Source of the DNA: Candidatus Eiseniibacteriota bacterium
Lineage (GTDB): Bacteria; Eisenbacteria; RBG-16-71-46
NCBI GenBank assembly: GCA_963776245.1
Contig: CAVZLN010000003.1
Span: 800,001-864,000, forward strand
Reading direction: 5' to 3'
DNA length: 64,000 bases
Shown here piece after piece: positions 48,017 through 57,214 of the stretch (within the stretch, counting starts at the first letter, position 1; every line of letters begins with the position of its first letter). A program made the translations under genes and the position numbers. The notes beneath the pieces are model-generated. The model was not told the origin of the DNA and searched no databases. It saw only the letters and a list, made by a program, of their open reading frames with translations.

Positions 48017-48789
48017 GCGCGCGCGCGCTGCCCAAGCGCGTGGCTGGAACGCTGATCTGCCTGTGGGCCGCGCTGCTGTCGGTGCAGATGCCGGTCGCCG
48101 GGTGTGCGCATCGGGCCGTGGAAGGCGACGTCGCGGACCCGAGAGCCCGCCAGGGGCTGGGGCTCAGCACCGTTCCCGAGGGCACTCAGTTACGTGTGAA
48201 GCTGCGCGACGGGACGCTCGTGCAAGGCGCGTACGACGGCATCGGACATCAGGCGCCCGACGAGTATGCTGCGGTCTACGACGCGTGGCGCGCCCGCGAT
48301 CCGCGGTCGGGCTGGCCGGCGCTCGGCGACAGCGTGCGTCTCGTCTCGCCGAATGACATCGTGCGCACGCGCGTCTTCGAGGGCTTCGACTGGGGCTCGG
48401 TGCGGGTGCACGCGGGCGCGGGGAGCGACGTCGTCCCGTTCGATGACCTGCGCGCGATCACCACCCTCACCGGGGCCACGTTCAGCGCCCCCATGCTGGC
48501 GGGCCTTCACGACAGCGGCTCACTCCCGCTCTCCGGGACGCTGCGACTGCGCACGCCGGGGAGGCTGGAAGGCGCGCGTGCGATCCCGCTCGACCGCATC
48601 GGCTCGCTCCAGGTCCGGCGTGACAACCAGTGGCAGACCGCGGCGGTCGTGCTGGGGCTGGTGGGCATGGCCGCGCTCGTGATCGCCAGCCGGCCGCCGC
48701 ACGTGGCGAGCGGGCCGGAATGCGACGGGCCGCCGCCCACGGTCTGGCAGCGGAACCCCGGTGCCGTGTCACCTGCACCATCACGCTAG
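48013..48789 (+). CDS. Hypothetical exported/lipoprotein with C-terminal TM helix
   Basis: ATGA overlap with the upstream gene; hydrophobic N-terminus ending VAGC; C-terminal hydrophobic segment. Confidence 0.55.
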   Translation: MSARALPKRVAGTLICLWAALLSVQMPVAGCAHRAVEGDVADPRARQGLGLSTVPEGTQLRVKLRDGTLVQGAYDGIGHQAPDEYAAVYDAWRARDPRSGWPALGDSVRLVSPNDIVRTRVFEGFDWGSVRVHAGAGSDVVPFDDLRAITTLTGATFSAPMLAGLHDSGSLPLSGTLRLRTPGRLEGARAIPLDRIGSLQVRRDNQWQTAAVVLGLVGMAALVIASRPPHVASGPECDGPPPTVWQRNPGAVSPAPSR

Positions 48790-49928
48790 CTGGTCAGCAC
48801 CGCCAGCACGTCGTAGAGCGCGTGCACCACGATCACCACCGAGGTGCTGGTGCGCACGCGCAGGCCGCCGAGCAGCAGCCCGAACAGCAGGATGGTGAGC
48901 ATCCCGAACCACGAGTACTGCACGTGGAGCGCGGCGAACAGCGCCGAGGTCAGCACCAGCCCGAGCCGCGGCTGGAGCGCGCCGCGCAGGGTGAGTTCCT
49001 CGCCCACCCCGGCGGTCACGCCGAGCAGCAGCGCCTCGAGCGCCCCCATGTCCTTCGTCATCAGCGTGCCCATCGCGCGGTCCTGGGCCCACAGCGCGGG
49101 GAACCACGCTTGCTGCACGTGCTCGGCGCCACCATTGAGCAGGTAGAGCGCGCCCGCGCCGGTGCCCGCGAACAGCAGGTGGCCGAGGGTCAGGCGCTCG
49201 AGACCGAGACGCTGGAGCGTGCCGCGCAGGTCGCGGCGCACCAGGAAGCCCACGGCGGCGAGCGCGAGCAGGACCATGCCCACCAGTTGGCCGGCCAGCC
49301 CGGAGCGGGTGATCAGCCCTCCCGAGTCCTGCACGTAGCGCGCGAACTGGTCCCGCAGCAGCATCGATCCCGGGACCGCGAGCAGCAGCGCGCCGACCGC
49401 CAGTCGCATGGTGAGCCGCAGCGAGTGGGTCGGCGGGTCCTCGCGGAACAACCAGGTCGCGAGCGGGTCGCCGAACGGGCGCAGCGCCAGCAGCACGCAC
49501 ACGACCGCAGCGAGCCCACCGTAGACCGCCAGCAGGATCCGCAGGTGGCCGGCCAGCGGGCTCTGGAGCGCCAGCACGGCGATGCCGCCGAACACCAGCA
49601 CGCCGCCGGCGGGCACCACCCACGTGAGCGTCCAGTAGAGCAGACGCCAGCGCGGGTCGAGGTCGGCCACCTGTGCGGCGATGAACAGCCCGGCCAGCGC
49701 CACCAGCAGGGCCGCCTCGTAGATCCCGAGCAGCAGGCCACCGCCGCCGAACACCAGCAGGATCCCCAGCCACACGGTCAGACCGCGCGCGACGTCGGGC
49801 CCGCCGGGCGCCGGCGCGGGCGGCGCCGCGAACGGATCGGCCGCTGGCCCGCCCGGCTCCCAGCGCCCGCCGGCCGGGTGCCCGGCAGCGGGGGCCGAAG
49901 CGGGAGGCGCTTGATTCCACTCGTCCAT
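48786..49928 (-). CDS. CPBP (CAAX/Abi) family intramembrane glutamic endopeptidase
   Basis: GVGEELTLRGALQ, FAALHVQY, VHALYD. Confidence 0.9.
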   Translation of the reverse strand: MDEWNQAPPASAPAAGHPAGGRWEPGGPAADPFAAPPAPAPGGPDVARGLTVWLGILLVFGGGGLLLGIYEAALLVALAGLFIAAQVADLDPRWRLLYWTLTWVVPAGGVLVFGGIAVLALQSPLAGHLRILLAVYGGLAAVVCVLLALRPFGDPLATWLFREDPPTHSLRLTMRLAVGALLLAVPGSMLLRDQFARYVQDSGGLITRSGLAGQLVGMVLLALAAVGFLVRRDLRGTLQRLGLERLTLGHLLFAGTGAGALYLLNGGAEHVQQAWFPALWAQDRAMGTLMTKDMGALEALLLGVTAGVGEELTLRGALQPRLGLVLTSALFAALHVQYSWFGMLTILLFGLLLGGLRVRTSTSVVIVVHALYDVLAVLTS

Positions 49929-49948
49929 CCAGCGAGCATAGGCAACCC

Positions 49949-50212
49949 ATGAACGACCGTCCACCGCTGACCGTCCAAGTGCTGTTCTTCGCGCAGGCGC
50001 GCGAGCGCGCGGGATGCGCCGCCCGGGCGCTCGCGCTGCCCGCGGGCAGCCGGGTGTCCGACGCGCTCGTCGTGCTGGCGCGCGAACACACGGCGCTCGG
50101 CCCGCTGTGGCCCCACCTCGCGGTGGCGGTGGACGGCGTGCTCGCGCGCCCCGACCTGGCGCTGGGCGATGGCGCCGAACTGGCGCTGCTCCCGCCGGTG
50201 AGCGGTGGATGA
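49949..50212 (+). CDS. moaD: Molybdopterin synthase sulfur carrier subunit
   Basis: VLFFAQARE; C-terminal PPVSGG. Confidence 0.92.
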   Translation: MNDRPPLTVQVLFFAQARERAGCAARALALPAGSRVSDALVVLAREHTALGPLWPHLAVAVDGVLARPDLALGDGAELALLPPVSGG

Positions 50213-50278
50213 GCGCGGTCCCGCGGGCACGGCCCGCGCTCGCCGCGCGCCCCGCGCGCCCGGCCCGGAGGATCGCCG

Positions 50279-50704
50279 GTGGCTGACCTGACGCACTCGC
50301 CGATCGACACCGCGCCGCTGCTGGCCGCCGCGGCGCGCCACGACCTGGGCGCGGTCGCCCTGTTCCTCGGCACCACGCGCGACCATCACGAGGGCCGGCG
50401 GGTCACGCGGCTGGAGTACGAGGCCTACGAGCCCATGGCGCTCGCGGCGCTGGCGGCCATCGAGGGCGCGGCGCGCGAGCGGTTCGCGATCGCGTCATGC
50501 GCGATCGTGCACCGCCTCGGCGAGGTGCCGCCGGCGGAGGCGAGCGTGGCGGTGGTGGTCGCCGCGGTCCACCGCGCTCCCGCGTTCGACGCCTGCCGCT
50601 GGGCGATGGACGAGCTCAAGCGCTCGGTGCCGATCTGGAAGCGGGAGCACTTCGCCGAGGGCGAGGCGCGCTGGGTCGAGGGCCGGCGCCTGGATCCGGA
50701 CTAG
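50279..50704 (+). CDS. moaE: Molybdopterin synthase catalytic subunit
   Basis: GAVALFLGTTR, LEYEAY, HRLG, LKRSVPIWKRE. Confidence 0.93.
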   Translation: MADLTHSPIDTAPLLAAAARHDLGAVALFLGTTRDHHEGRRVTRLEYEAYEPMALAALAAIEGAARERFAIASCAIVHRLGEVPPAEASVAVVVAAVHRAPAFDACRWAMDELKRSVPIWKREHFAEGEARWVEGRRLDPD

Positions 50705-51852
50705 CCGGCCGCGCGCTGGAGCGCGTCCTGCGCTTCGGCACGGGTCTCGGGCGCGGGGTCGTGTGCGCTCGCGGCCCGCAGCGCGGCGACCATCGCCGCG
50801 CGCGCGCGGTCATCCGCAGCGTCGCGGCGCGCGATCTCACCCAGCGCCCACGCCGCGTGACCGCGCACCACCGGCGACGGGTCGTCCGCGAGCGTGCGCA
50901 TCAGCGCCGGCGCGGCCGCGGACTGGCCGCGGTTGCCCAACGCCACGCACACGTTGCGCACCAGGCCCTCGCGGCCGGCGCGGCGGATGGCGCTGCCGGC
51001 GAACAGCGCGCGGAACGCGGGCTCGTCGAGCGCGAGGAACCGCTCGAGCGACCAGCCCTCGAGCGCCCGCGCGTGCAGCCGCGCGTCGCGCGCGGGCGGG
51101 GCGAACCGGTTCCACGGGCACGCCTCCAGGCAGAGGTCGCAGCCGAACACCCAGTCGCCGATCGACGCGCGGGACTCGGGCGGGAGCGGCCCCGGGTGCT
51201 CGATGGTGAGGTAGGAGATGCAGAGACGCGCGTCCACCTGGTAGGGCGCGACGATGGCGCCGGTCGGGCAGGCCGCGATGCACCGCGTGCAGCGGCCGCA
51301 GCGTTCGCGCTCCAGCGGCGGGTCGGGATCGAGCGCCTGGTCCACCAGCACCTCGCCGAGCAGGAACCACGAGCCGAGCCGCTGCGAGAGCAGGCCCGAG
51401 TGCTTGCCGATCCAGCCGAGGCCCGCGCGCTCGGCCCAGCCGCGCTCGAGGATGGCGCCGGTGTCGGCGTACCACAGCGCCCGCGAGCCGGGCAGCCACT
51501 CCATGATCTCGCGCTGCAGGGTGAGGAGCAGGTCCTCCATCACGCGGTGATAGTCCTCTCCGGCGGCGTAGCGCGCGATGCGGCCCAGTCGCGCGTCGCG
51601 CGCCGCGTCCGTCCCGGGCGGATGGCAGAGCGCCACGCACACCACCGAGCGCAGGCCGCGCAACAGGCGCGTGGGGTCGGCGCGCCGCGCGCGGTGCTGG
51701 TCGTTCGCGAGCCAGCGCATGCCGGCGTGCCGGCCGGCGGCGAGCCACGCCTCGTAGCGCCGCTGCGCCTCGAGCGGCCCGAGCGCGGCGATGCCCACGG
51801 CGTCGAACCCGAGTTCGAGCGCGCGCGCCTTGATGCGTGCGGTGGGCGTCAT
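50701..51852 (-). CDS. queG: tRNA epoxyqueuosine(34) reductase
   Basis: ARYAAGEDYH, DTGAILER, GLGWIGK, CGRCTRCIAACPT, CISYLTIE, GCDLCLEACPWN, C-terminal HEAT repeat. Confidence 0.95.
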   Translation of the reverse strand: MTPTARIKARALELGFDAVGIAALGPLEAQRRYEAWLAAGRHAGMRWLANDQHRARRADPTRLLRGLRSVVCVALCHPPGTDAARDARLGRIARYAAGEDYHRVMEDLLLTLQREIMEWLPGSRALWYADTGAILERGWAERAGLGWIGKHSGLLSQRLGSWFLLGEVLVDQALDPDPPLERERCGRCTRCIAACPTGAIVAPYQVDARLCISYLTIEHPGPLPPESRASIGDWVFGCDLCLEACPWNRFAPPARDARLHARALEGWSLERFLALDEPAFRALFAGSAIRRAGREGLVRNVCVALGNRGQSAAAPALMRTLADDPSPVVRGHAAWALGEIARRDAADDRARAAMVAALRAASAHDPAPETRAEAQDALQRAAG

Positions 51853-51866
51853 GCCGACGCCGAGCG

Positions 51867-52887
51867 TCAGCGGGTGGTGTCCGGCGGCGCGCCCCGTCGC
51901 GGGCGTCCGTCGCGCGCGGGCCGCGGCTCGCGGGGCTCGCGCGGGGGCGCCTCGAAGGGACGCACCACCGGCACGCGCTCGGGCGCCGGCGCCCCGCGCT
52001 CGGCGCGGTCGCGGGCCTCGTCCGCCGCGTGCCCGGCGGCGCGCTGGGCCTCGATCCGCGCTTCCCGCTCGGCGCTCGCGGTGTCGGTCGCGGCGGCCTC
52101 GCTGGCCGGCGGCGCGGTCGCCGGGCGCCGGCCGCCGTCGGCGGCAGCCGGCCGCGCGTGCGTCAGCGTGCCGGGCGCCACCAGGTCCTCGATGCGCGCG
52201 CGCCGCAGCGGCCCGGTGCGCCGTTCCACCCAGTCGAAGCGGGGGCCGGCGGCGAGCTTCACGCCGTCGCGCTCGATGACGCGCTCGATCGGCTGGATGC
52301 GCGGCAGACGCCCGCGCAGCACCTCGGGCTTCACCACCTTCGCGCTCAGGTCGGTGCTCCCGAGTGCTGTGGCGGGCACGAAGGTGTACGCGCCGCCGTC
52401 GTAGCCGGACGACACCGCGAGCAGGGGCGCCCAGCCGACGTAGTCGTCGTCGCCCGCCCACTGGACCCAGGCCGGCGCCCACACCACGTCGGGGATCCAC
52501 ACCCAGCCCTGGAAGCGGTCGTCGATCCAGCGGCCGTAGTGATCGGTCGCCCAGCCGAACTCGTCGGTGGACACCCAGACCCACCCCCACGCGTCGCTCG
52601 GCACCCAGTAGCCGTTCTCGTACGGGCGCCAGGCGACGAAGTTCACGTCGGGGCGGAACGCGTAGCCGTAGGGCTCGATGAGCACCCAGTCGCCCTGCCC
52701 CTCGAGCATGTCGTAGAACACGCGGTGCTCGGGCCGCATGTTCTCGCGGATGGGCGAGTTCCACGCGCGGTCCGCGAATGACCGCGGGGCCTGCGACGCC
52801 GGTCCGAGCGCCGGCCGCGCACGAGGCGAGCGTCAGCGCGAGCAGCGCGGGAGCCAGGCGGCGTGCGGTGCGAAAGCGGGTGCGCAA
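51867..52887 (-). CDS. Trp/Pro-rich lipoprotein (DUF6600-like); +1 frameshift near 52780-52830
   Basis: RBS GGAGGAG, TTG start and lipobox LASC in one frame; FYDML..GDW, WRPY..GYW, WATDHYGRW, WAPAWV, VGWAPL in the next. Confidence 0.7.
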
Positions 52888-52961
52888 GGTGCTCCTCCGG
52901 GATGCGGGGCCGCGGGGGCGCGGCGCGGGCGGCCCGTCACGATCGGCCCCCGGGCGGGCGC

Positions 52962-54656
52962 TCACAGGCCCTTGTAGTCCGGGCCGCCGCCGCCCTCAGG
53001 GGTGACCCAGGTGATGATCTGGTACGGATCGGCGATGTCGCAGGTCTTGCAGTGCACGCAGTTCGAGGCGTTGATCTGCAGCTTCAGCGCGCCGGGACTG
53101 GAGTCGTCCGGCACCATCTCGTAAACGTTCGCGGGGCAGAAATGCTGGCACGGGTTGCCGTACTCCGTGCGGCACCGCGTCGCGCACACGCTGATATCGG
53201 CGACCTTCAGGTGCACCGGCTCGTTCTCGTCGTGCGTGGTGCCCGAGAGGTAGACGTCGGCGAGCTTGTCGAAGGTGAGCACCCCGTCGAACTTCATCGG
53301 CGCGGCCGTGCCGGCGGGAGGGCGATCCTTGAGCTTGCGCATGCGCTCGTGGCCCGCCACGTTCATGACGCGGTCGCGGAACCGGGCGTCCCGGCCGCCC
53401 AGCACCATCGCGGCGCCCACGTTCAGCATGCCGGTCCACAGGCCGTGCTCGAACGACTGGTGGAAGGTGCGCACGCCCCACAGCTCCTCGCGCGCCCACG
53501 AGGACTCGAAGCGCTTCTCGTAGCCCGCCAGGCGCGCGGCCGAGAAGTCGCCGGCGAGCAGGCACTCGAACAGCGTCTCGGCGGCGAGCATGCCCGACTT
53601 CATCGCCAGATGGATGCCCTTGAGGCGGCCGCCGTTCAGGAGGCCGGCGGTGTCGCCGCACAGCAGCAGCCCGTCGGCGGAGAGCCTCGGCACCGCCCAG
53701 TAGCCGCCCTCGGGGATGGCCTTGGCGCCGTACGCGACCGGTTTGCCGCCCTCCAGCAGCGCCGACACCAGCGGATGGGTCTTCAGCCGCTGCAGGTTCG
53801 CGTGCGGATCGTTGGCGGGATCGGGCGAGTCGAGCCCGGTGACGAAGCCCACCGCCCAGTGCGACTCGTCCATGCCGTAGATGAAGCCGCCGCCGAAGGT
53901 GTCGCTCGGCAGCGGGAAACCCATGGTGTGGATCACGTGCCCCTTACGCGCGCGGCCCGCGGGCACCTCCCAGAGCTCCTTCACCCCGGTGGCGTACACC
54001 TGCGGGTTCCTCCCCACCATGAGCCCGAACGGGGTCTCGAGCGCCTTGGCGAGCGTGCCGCGCGGGCCCTCGCACAGCACCGTGACCTTCGCGCGGCAGT
54101 CGGCGCCCATCTGGTAGTTCGGCTTGTGGCCGCCCTGCTTGTCCACACCCTTGTCCCCGGTGCGCACGCCGGCGAGGCGGCCGCCCTCGACGATCGGCTG
54201 CGCGGCGGGCGTCTCGGTCACCACCAGCACGCCCCGGGCCTCGGCGATGCCGGCCATCCACTCGACCAGCCGTCCGAGCGACACCACGAGATTGCCGTGG
54301 TTTTCGAACAGCGGCGGGGTGATCGGCAGGCGGAACCGGCCGCCGCCGGCGGTCAGGTGATAGACGTCGTCTCCGGTGACCGGGCTGGCGATCGGACAGC
54401 CCTGCACGGCGTAGTCGGGCAGCAGCTCGGCGAGCGCGCGCGGATCGAGCACCGCGCCCGAGATGCCGTGGGCGCCGACGCGCGCGCTCTTCTCGAGCAC
54501 CGCGATCGTCACCTCGTCGAGCTTGGTGCCCGGGGCGCCCGCGGCGATCGCCTGATTGTGGCGCTCGATCAGGTTCGACAGATGGATGGCGCCCGCCAGC
54601 CCCGCGGGACCGGCGCCGATGAACTGCACGTCGAACTCGAGAACCTCGCGCTCCAT
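52962..54656 (-). CDS. Electron transfer flavoprotein-quinone oxidoreductase (FixCX fusion type)
   Basis: IGAGPAGL, SGAVLDP, IPEGG, KGIHLAMKSG, CPANVYE...NCVHCKTCDI, PEGGGGP. Confidence 0.95.
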   Translation of the reverse strand: MEREVLEFDVQFIGAGPAGLAGAIHLSNLIERHNQAIAAGAPGTKLDEVTIAVLEKSARVGAHGISGAVLDPRALAELLPDYAVQGCPIASPVTGDDVYHLTAGGGRFRLPITPPLFENHGNLVVSLGRLVEWMAGIAEARGVLVVTETPAAQPIVEGGRLAGVRTGDKGVDKQGGHKPNYQMGADCRAKVTVLCEGPRGTLAKALETPFGLMVGRNPQVYATGVKELWEVPAGRARKGHVIHTMGFPLPSDTFGGGFIYGMDESHWAVGFVTGLDSPDPANDPHANLQRLKTHPLVSALLEGGKPVAYGAKAIPEGGYWAVPRLSADGLLLCGDTAGLLNGGRLKGIHLAMKSGMLAAETLFECLLAGDFSAARLAGYEKRFESSWAREELWGVRTFHQSFEHGLWTGMLNVGAAMVLGGRDARFRDRVMNVAGHERMRKLKDRPPAGTAAPMKFDGVLTFDKLADVYLSGTTHDENEPVHLKVADISVCATRCRTEYGNPCQHFCPANVYEMVPDDSSPGALKLQINASNCVHCKTCDIADPYQIITWVTPEGGGGPDYKGL

Positions 54657-54703
54657 GTCCCGTCCTCACGCGCGCCGTGCGGGCGCGCCTCCGTGCGCTG
54701 CGA

Positions 54704-55669
54704 TCAGGTGCGGCCGTGCGCCGCGACGTGGGCCGCGTGCGCCTCGGCCTCGAGCCATCGCTCGCAGTCGATGGCCGCCATACATCCGCTGCCGGCCGCG
54801 GTCACCGCCTGGCGGTACACCGCGTCGGCCACGTCGCCCGCCACGAACACGCCGGGGACCGAGGTCTTCGAGGTGCCGGGCGTGACGCGCACGTAGCCCT
54901 GCTCGTCGAGCGGCAACTGGCCTTCCAGGAACTTCGTGTTGGGCCGGTGCCCGATGGCGACGAACACGCCGTCGATCGCCATCTCGGTCACCGCGCCGGT
55001 CTTCACCTCGCGCAGCTTCACGCCGCGCACGCGCTGCTGTTCCACGCCCAGCACCTCGGCGACCTCGGTGGCCCACAGGATCCGGATCTTCGGATTCGCG
55101 CGCGTGCGCTCCTGCATGATCTTCGACCCGCGCAGCGCGTCGCGCCGGTGGACGAGGATCACCTCGGCGCAGAAGCGCGTCAGGTAGTTGGCCTCCTCGA
55201 GCGCGGTGTCGCCGCCGCCCACCACGATGACGCGCTGGTTCTTGAAGAAGAACCCGTCGCACGTGGCGCACGCCGACACGCCCGAGCCCATGAGCTTCCG
55301 CTCGCTCTCGATGCCGAGCAGCTTCGCGGTCGCGCCGGTGGCGACGATCACGGCCTGGGCGTGGTGGTCGCCGAGATCGGTGTGGACGAGGAAGGGCCGG
55401 CGCTTGAAGTCCACGGAGAGCACCTCGGCCTGCACGAACTCGGTGCCGAAGCGCTCGACCTGGAGCTTCATCTGCTCCATCAGCTCGGGGCCCTGGATGC
55501 CCGCGGGAAAGCCGGGGTAGTTCTCCACGTCGGTGGTGATGGTGAGCTGCCCGCCGGGCTGGTAGCCGGAGATGACGAGCGGCTTGAGGTTGGCGCGGGC
55601 GGCGTAGAGCGCGGCGGTGTAGCCGGCCGGGCCCGAGCCCAGGATGATGACGTCGTGCACGCGGTCCAC
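54704..55669 (-). CDS. trxB: Thioredoxin-disulfide reductase
   Basis: GSGPAGYTAA, VENYPGF, ACATCDG, GGGDTALEEA, HRRD, AGDV...YRQA. Confidence 0.96.
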   Translation of the reverse strand: MDRVHDVIILGSGPAGYTAALYAARANLKPLVISGYQPGGQLTITTDVENYPGFPAGIQGPELMEQMKLQVERFGTEFVQAEVLSVDFKRRPFLVHTDLGDHHAQAVIVATGATAKLLGIESERKLMGSGVSACATCDGFFFKNQRVIVVGGGDTALEEANYLTRFCAEVILVHRRDALRGSKIMQERTRANPKIRILWATEVAEVLGVEQQRVRGVKLREVKTGAVTEMAIDGVFVAIGHRPNTKFLEGQLPLDEQGYVRVTPGTSKTSVPGVFVAGDVADAVYRQAVTAAGSGCMAAIDCERWLEAEAHAAHVAAHGRT

Positions 55670-55806
55670 GATGGGTCCTCGAGACAGGTAGGGGGAGTCG
55701 AGCGCGGCGATTCTAGTGCAGCGCCGCGCGCGGGGTGAAACGGGGTGGCACGGCCCTTTGGATGCCGGGCGGGCGCGAACGGACGCGCCGGGTGCCCGGC
55801 CGGGCG

Positions 55807-57084
55807 TCAGCTCCCGTGCGGGGCCCCCGCGCCGGGGCGGGCGGGGACGCTCAGCTGGACCACCGGGCCGGGCGCCGCGGGGCGCACCGTGCGCAGGATG
55901 CGCGGCAGTGCGGCCGCGGCCCACAGCGCCCACGCCAGCATCCAGAACGCCGCACTCGCGGCGTAGGCATGCAGGACCCCGGCGCCGGAGAGCGGCGCGG
56001 CCAGGCGCAGGACCAGCGCGAGCGCGAGTGCGCCGAGCACCCACGGGGTGAGCAGGCGGCTCTCGTCGGCGAATGGATGACGTCCGTGCGCCACGGTCAC
56101 CCGCGAGCCGATGCCGAGGGTGAGCAGCCCGTAGCCGCCCACGAACATCAGGTGGTACGCGGTGGTCGCCTGCGAGGGCCAGCCGACGGCGAGCCACAGG
56201 CCGCCCAGCACCAGCCAGCCCGAGGTCCACAGGGCGCGCGCCAGCACCCCGCGCTGGCCGGGGCCGCGGAACACCTTCCACACCAGCAGCAGCATCACGC
56301 TCGCCCCGGCGGCGCGCGTCAGCGCGCCGGCCCCGGCGTGGCCCCACGCCTCGAGCACGAACGCGCCGATCAGCGCCAGCGCCACCAGCGCGAACAGCCG
56401 CCGGCGCCCCGCGCGCTCGTGGGGGCGCGCCACACCGGGCACGCCGAGCGGATCGCGCATGCCGGCGAAGGTCGGCACCAGCAGCCCGCCGACCCCCAGC
56501 ACCACCGAGAGCGTCATGCCGAGCGAGATCAGCCGCTCGCCGAAGCGCGGCGCGGGCGGGGGCTGGCCGAACGCGCCCTGCGCCACCAGCACCGCGACCC
56601 CGGCGAGGCCGAAGAGGATGCCGAGTGCGACGAACGAGAACTCCTCGGGCGGCAGGTGCCGCGTGCGCGCCACGCGGCTCCCGAGCGCCCACGCGATCAG
56701 CAGCGCGCTGGCCCCGAACGCGAGGTGGGCGGCCCACGCCAGACCGCCGAGCGCGAGCGCGGCGAACACCGCCATGAGCGCCACGGCGGTCGCCAGTTCC
56801 CCGCGCGAACACCGGCCGCCGCGCGTGAACGCGGGCATGGCGGTGAGCAGGAAGCCGAGCATGAACGACTGCTCGAAGCCCTCGATCATGAGTGTGATGT
56901 GGAGCGGCCCGGGCCACGCGCCGGGCACCAGCACCGCGAGCGCCCACGGCAGCGCGCCGGCGAGCGCGAACGCCCCCCCGAGCGGGAACAGGATGCGGTA
57001 GGGCTCGGGCCACGCGGGGTCCGGCCCGGCCGCGCCGGGCCCGCCGGGCCGCACCCCCGGCGGGACGGGGAAGGAGGCGCTCAT
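55807..57084 (-). CDS. nnrS: NnrS family membrane protein
   Basis: EPYRILFPLG, HITLMIEGF...GFLLTAMP, H-x-x-F-VGG, RVTVAHG. Confidence 0.82.
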   Translation of the reverse strand: MSASFPVPPGVRPGGPGAAGPDPAWPEPYRILFPLGGAFALAGALPWALAVLVPGAWPGPLHITLMIEGFEQSFMLGFLLTAMPAFTRGGRCSRGELATAVALMAVFAALALGGLAWAAHLAFGASALLIAWALGSRVARTRHLPPEEFSFVALGILFGLAGVAVLVAQGAFGQPPPAPRFGERLISLGMTLSVVLGVGGLLVPTFAGMRDPLGVPGVARPHERAGRRRLFALVALALIGAFVLEAWGHAGAGALTRAAGASVMLLLVWKVFRGPGQRGVLARALWTSGWLVLGGLWLAVGWPSQATTAYHLMFVGGYGLLTLGIGSRVTVAHGRHPFADESRLLTPWVLGALALALVLRLAAPLSGAGVLHAYAASAAFWMLAWALWAAAALPRILRTVRPAAPGPVVQLSVPARPGAGAPHGS

Positions 57085-57140
57085 GAGGCCCTCGCCCCGG
57101 CCGTGCGCGGGCACACGCCGATCGCGGTCCAGCGTTTCAT
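57081..57140 (-). CDS. Putative 19-aa leader peptide MKRWTAIGVCPRTAGARAS
   Basis: Strong SD AAGGAGG before ATG 57140; its stop overlaps the nnrS ATG (ATGA). Confidence 0.35.
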   Translation of the reverse strand: MKRWTAIGVCPRTAGARAS

Positions 57141-57214
57141 GAGTGAACCTCCTTCGCATGCCCATGGCAGGTGACGGTTACCAGGCGCTCCCGATCGCGG
57201 CGGAGTAGCGGGCC

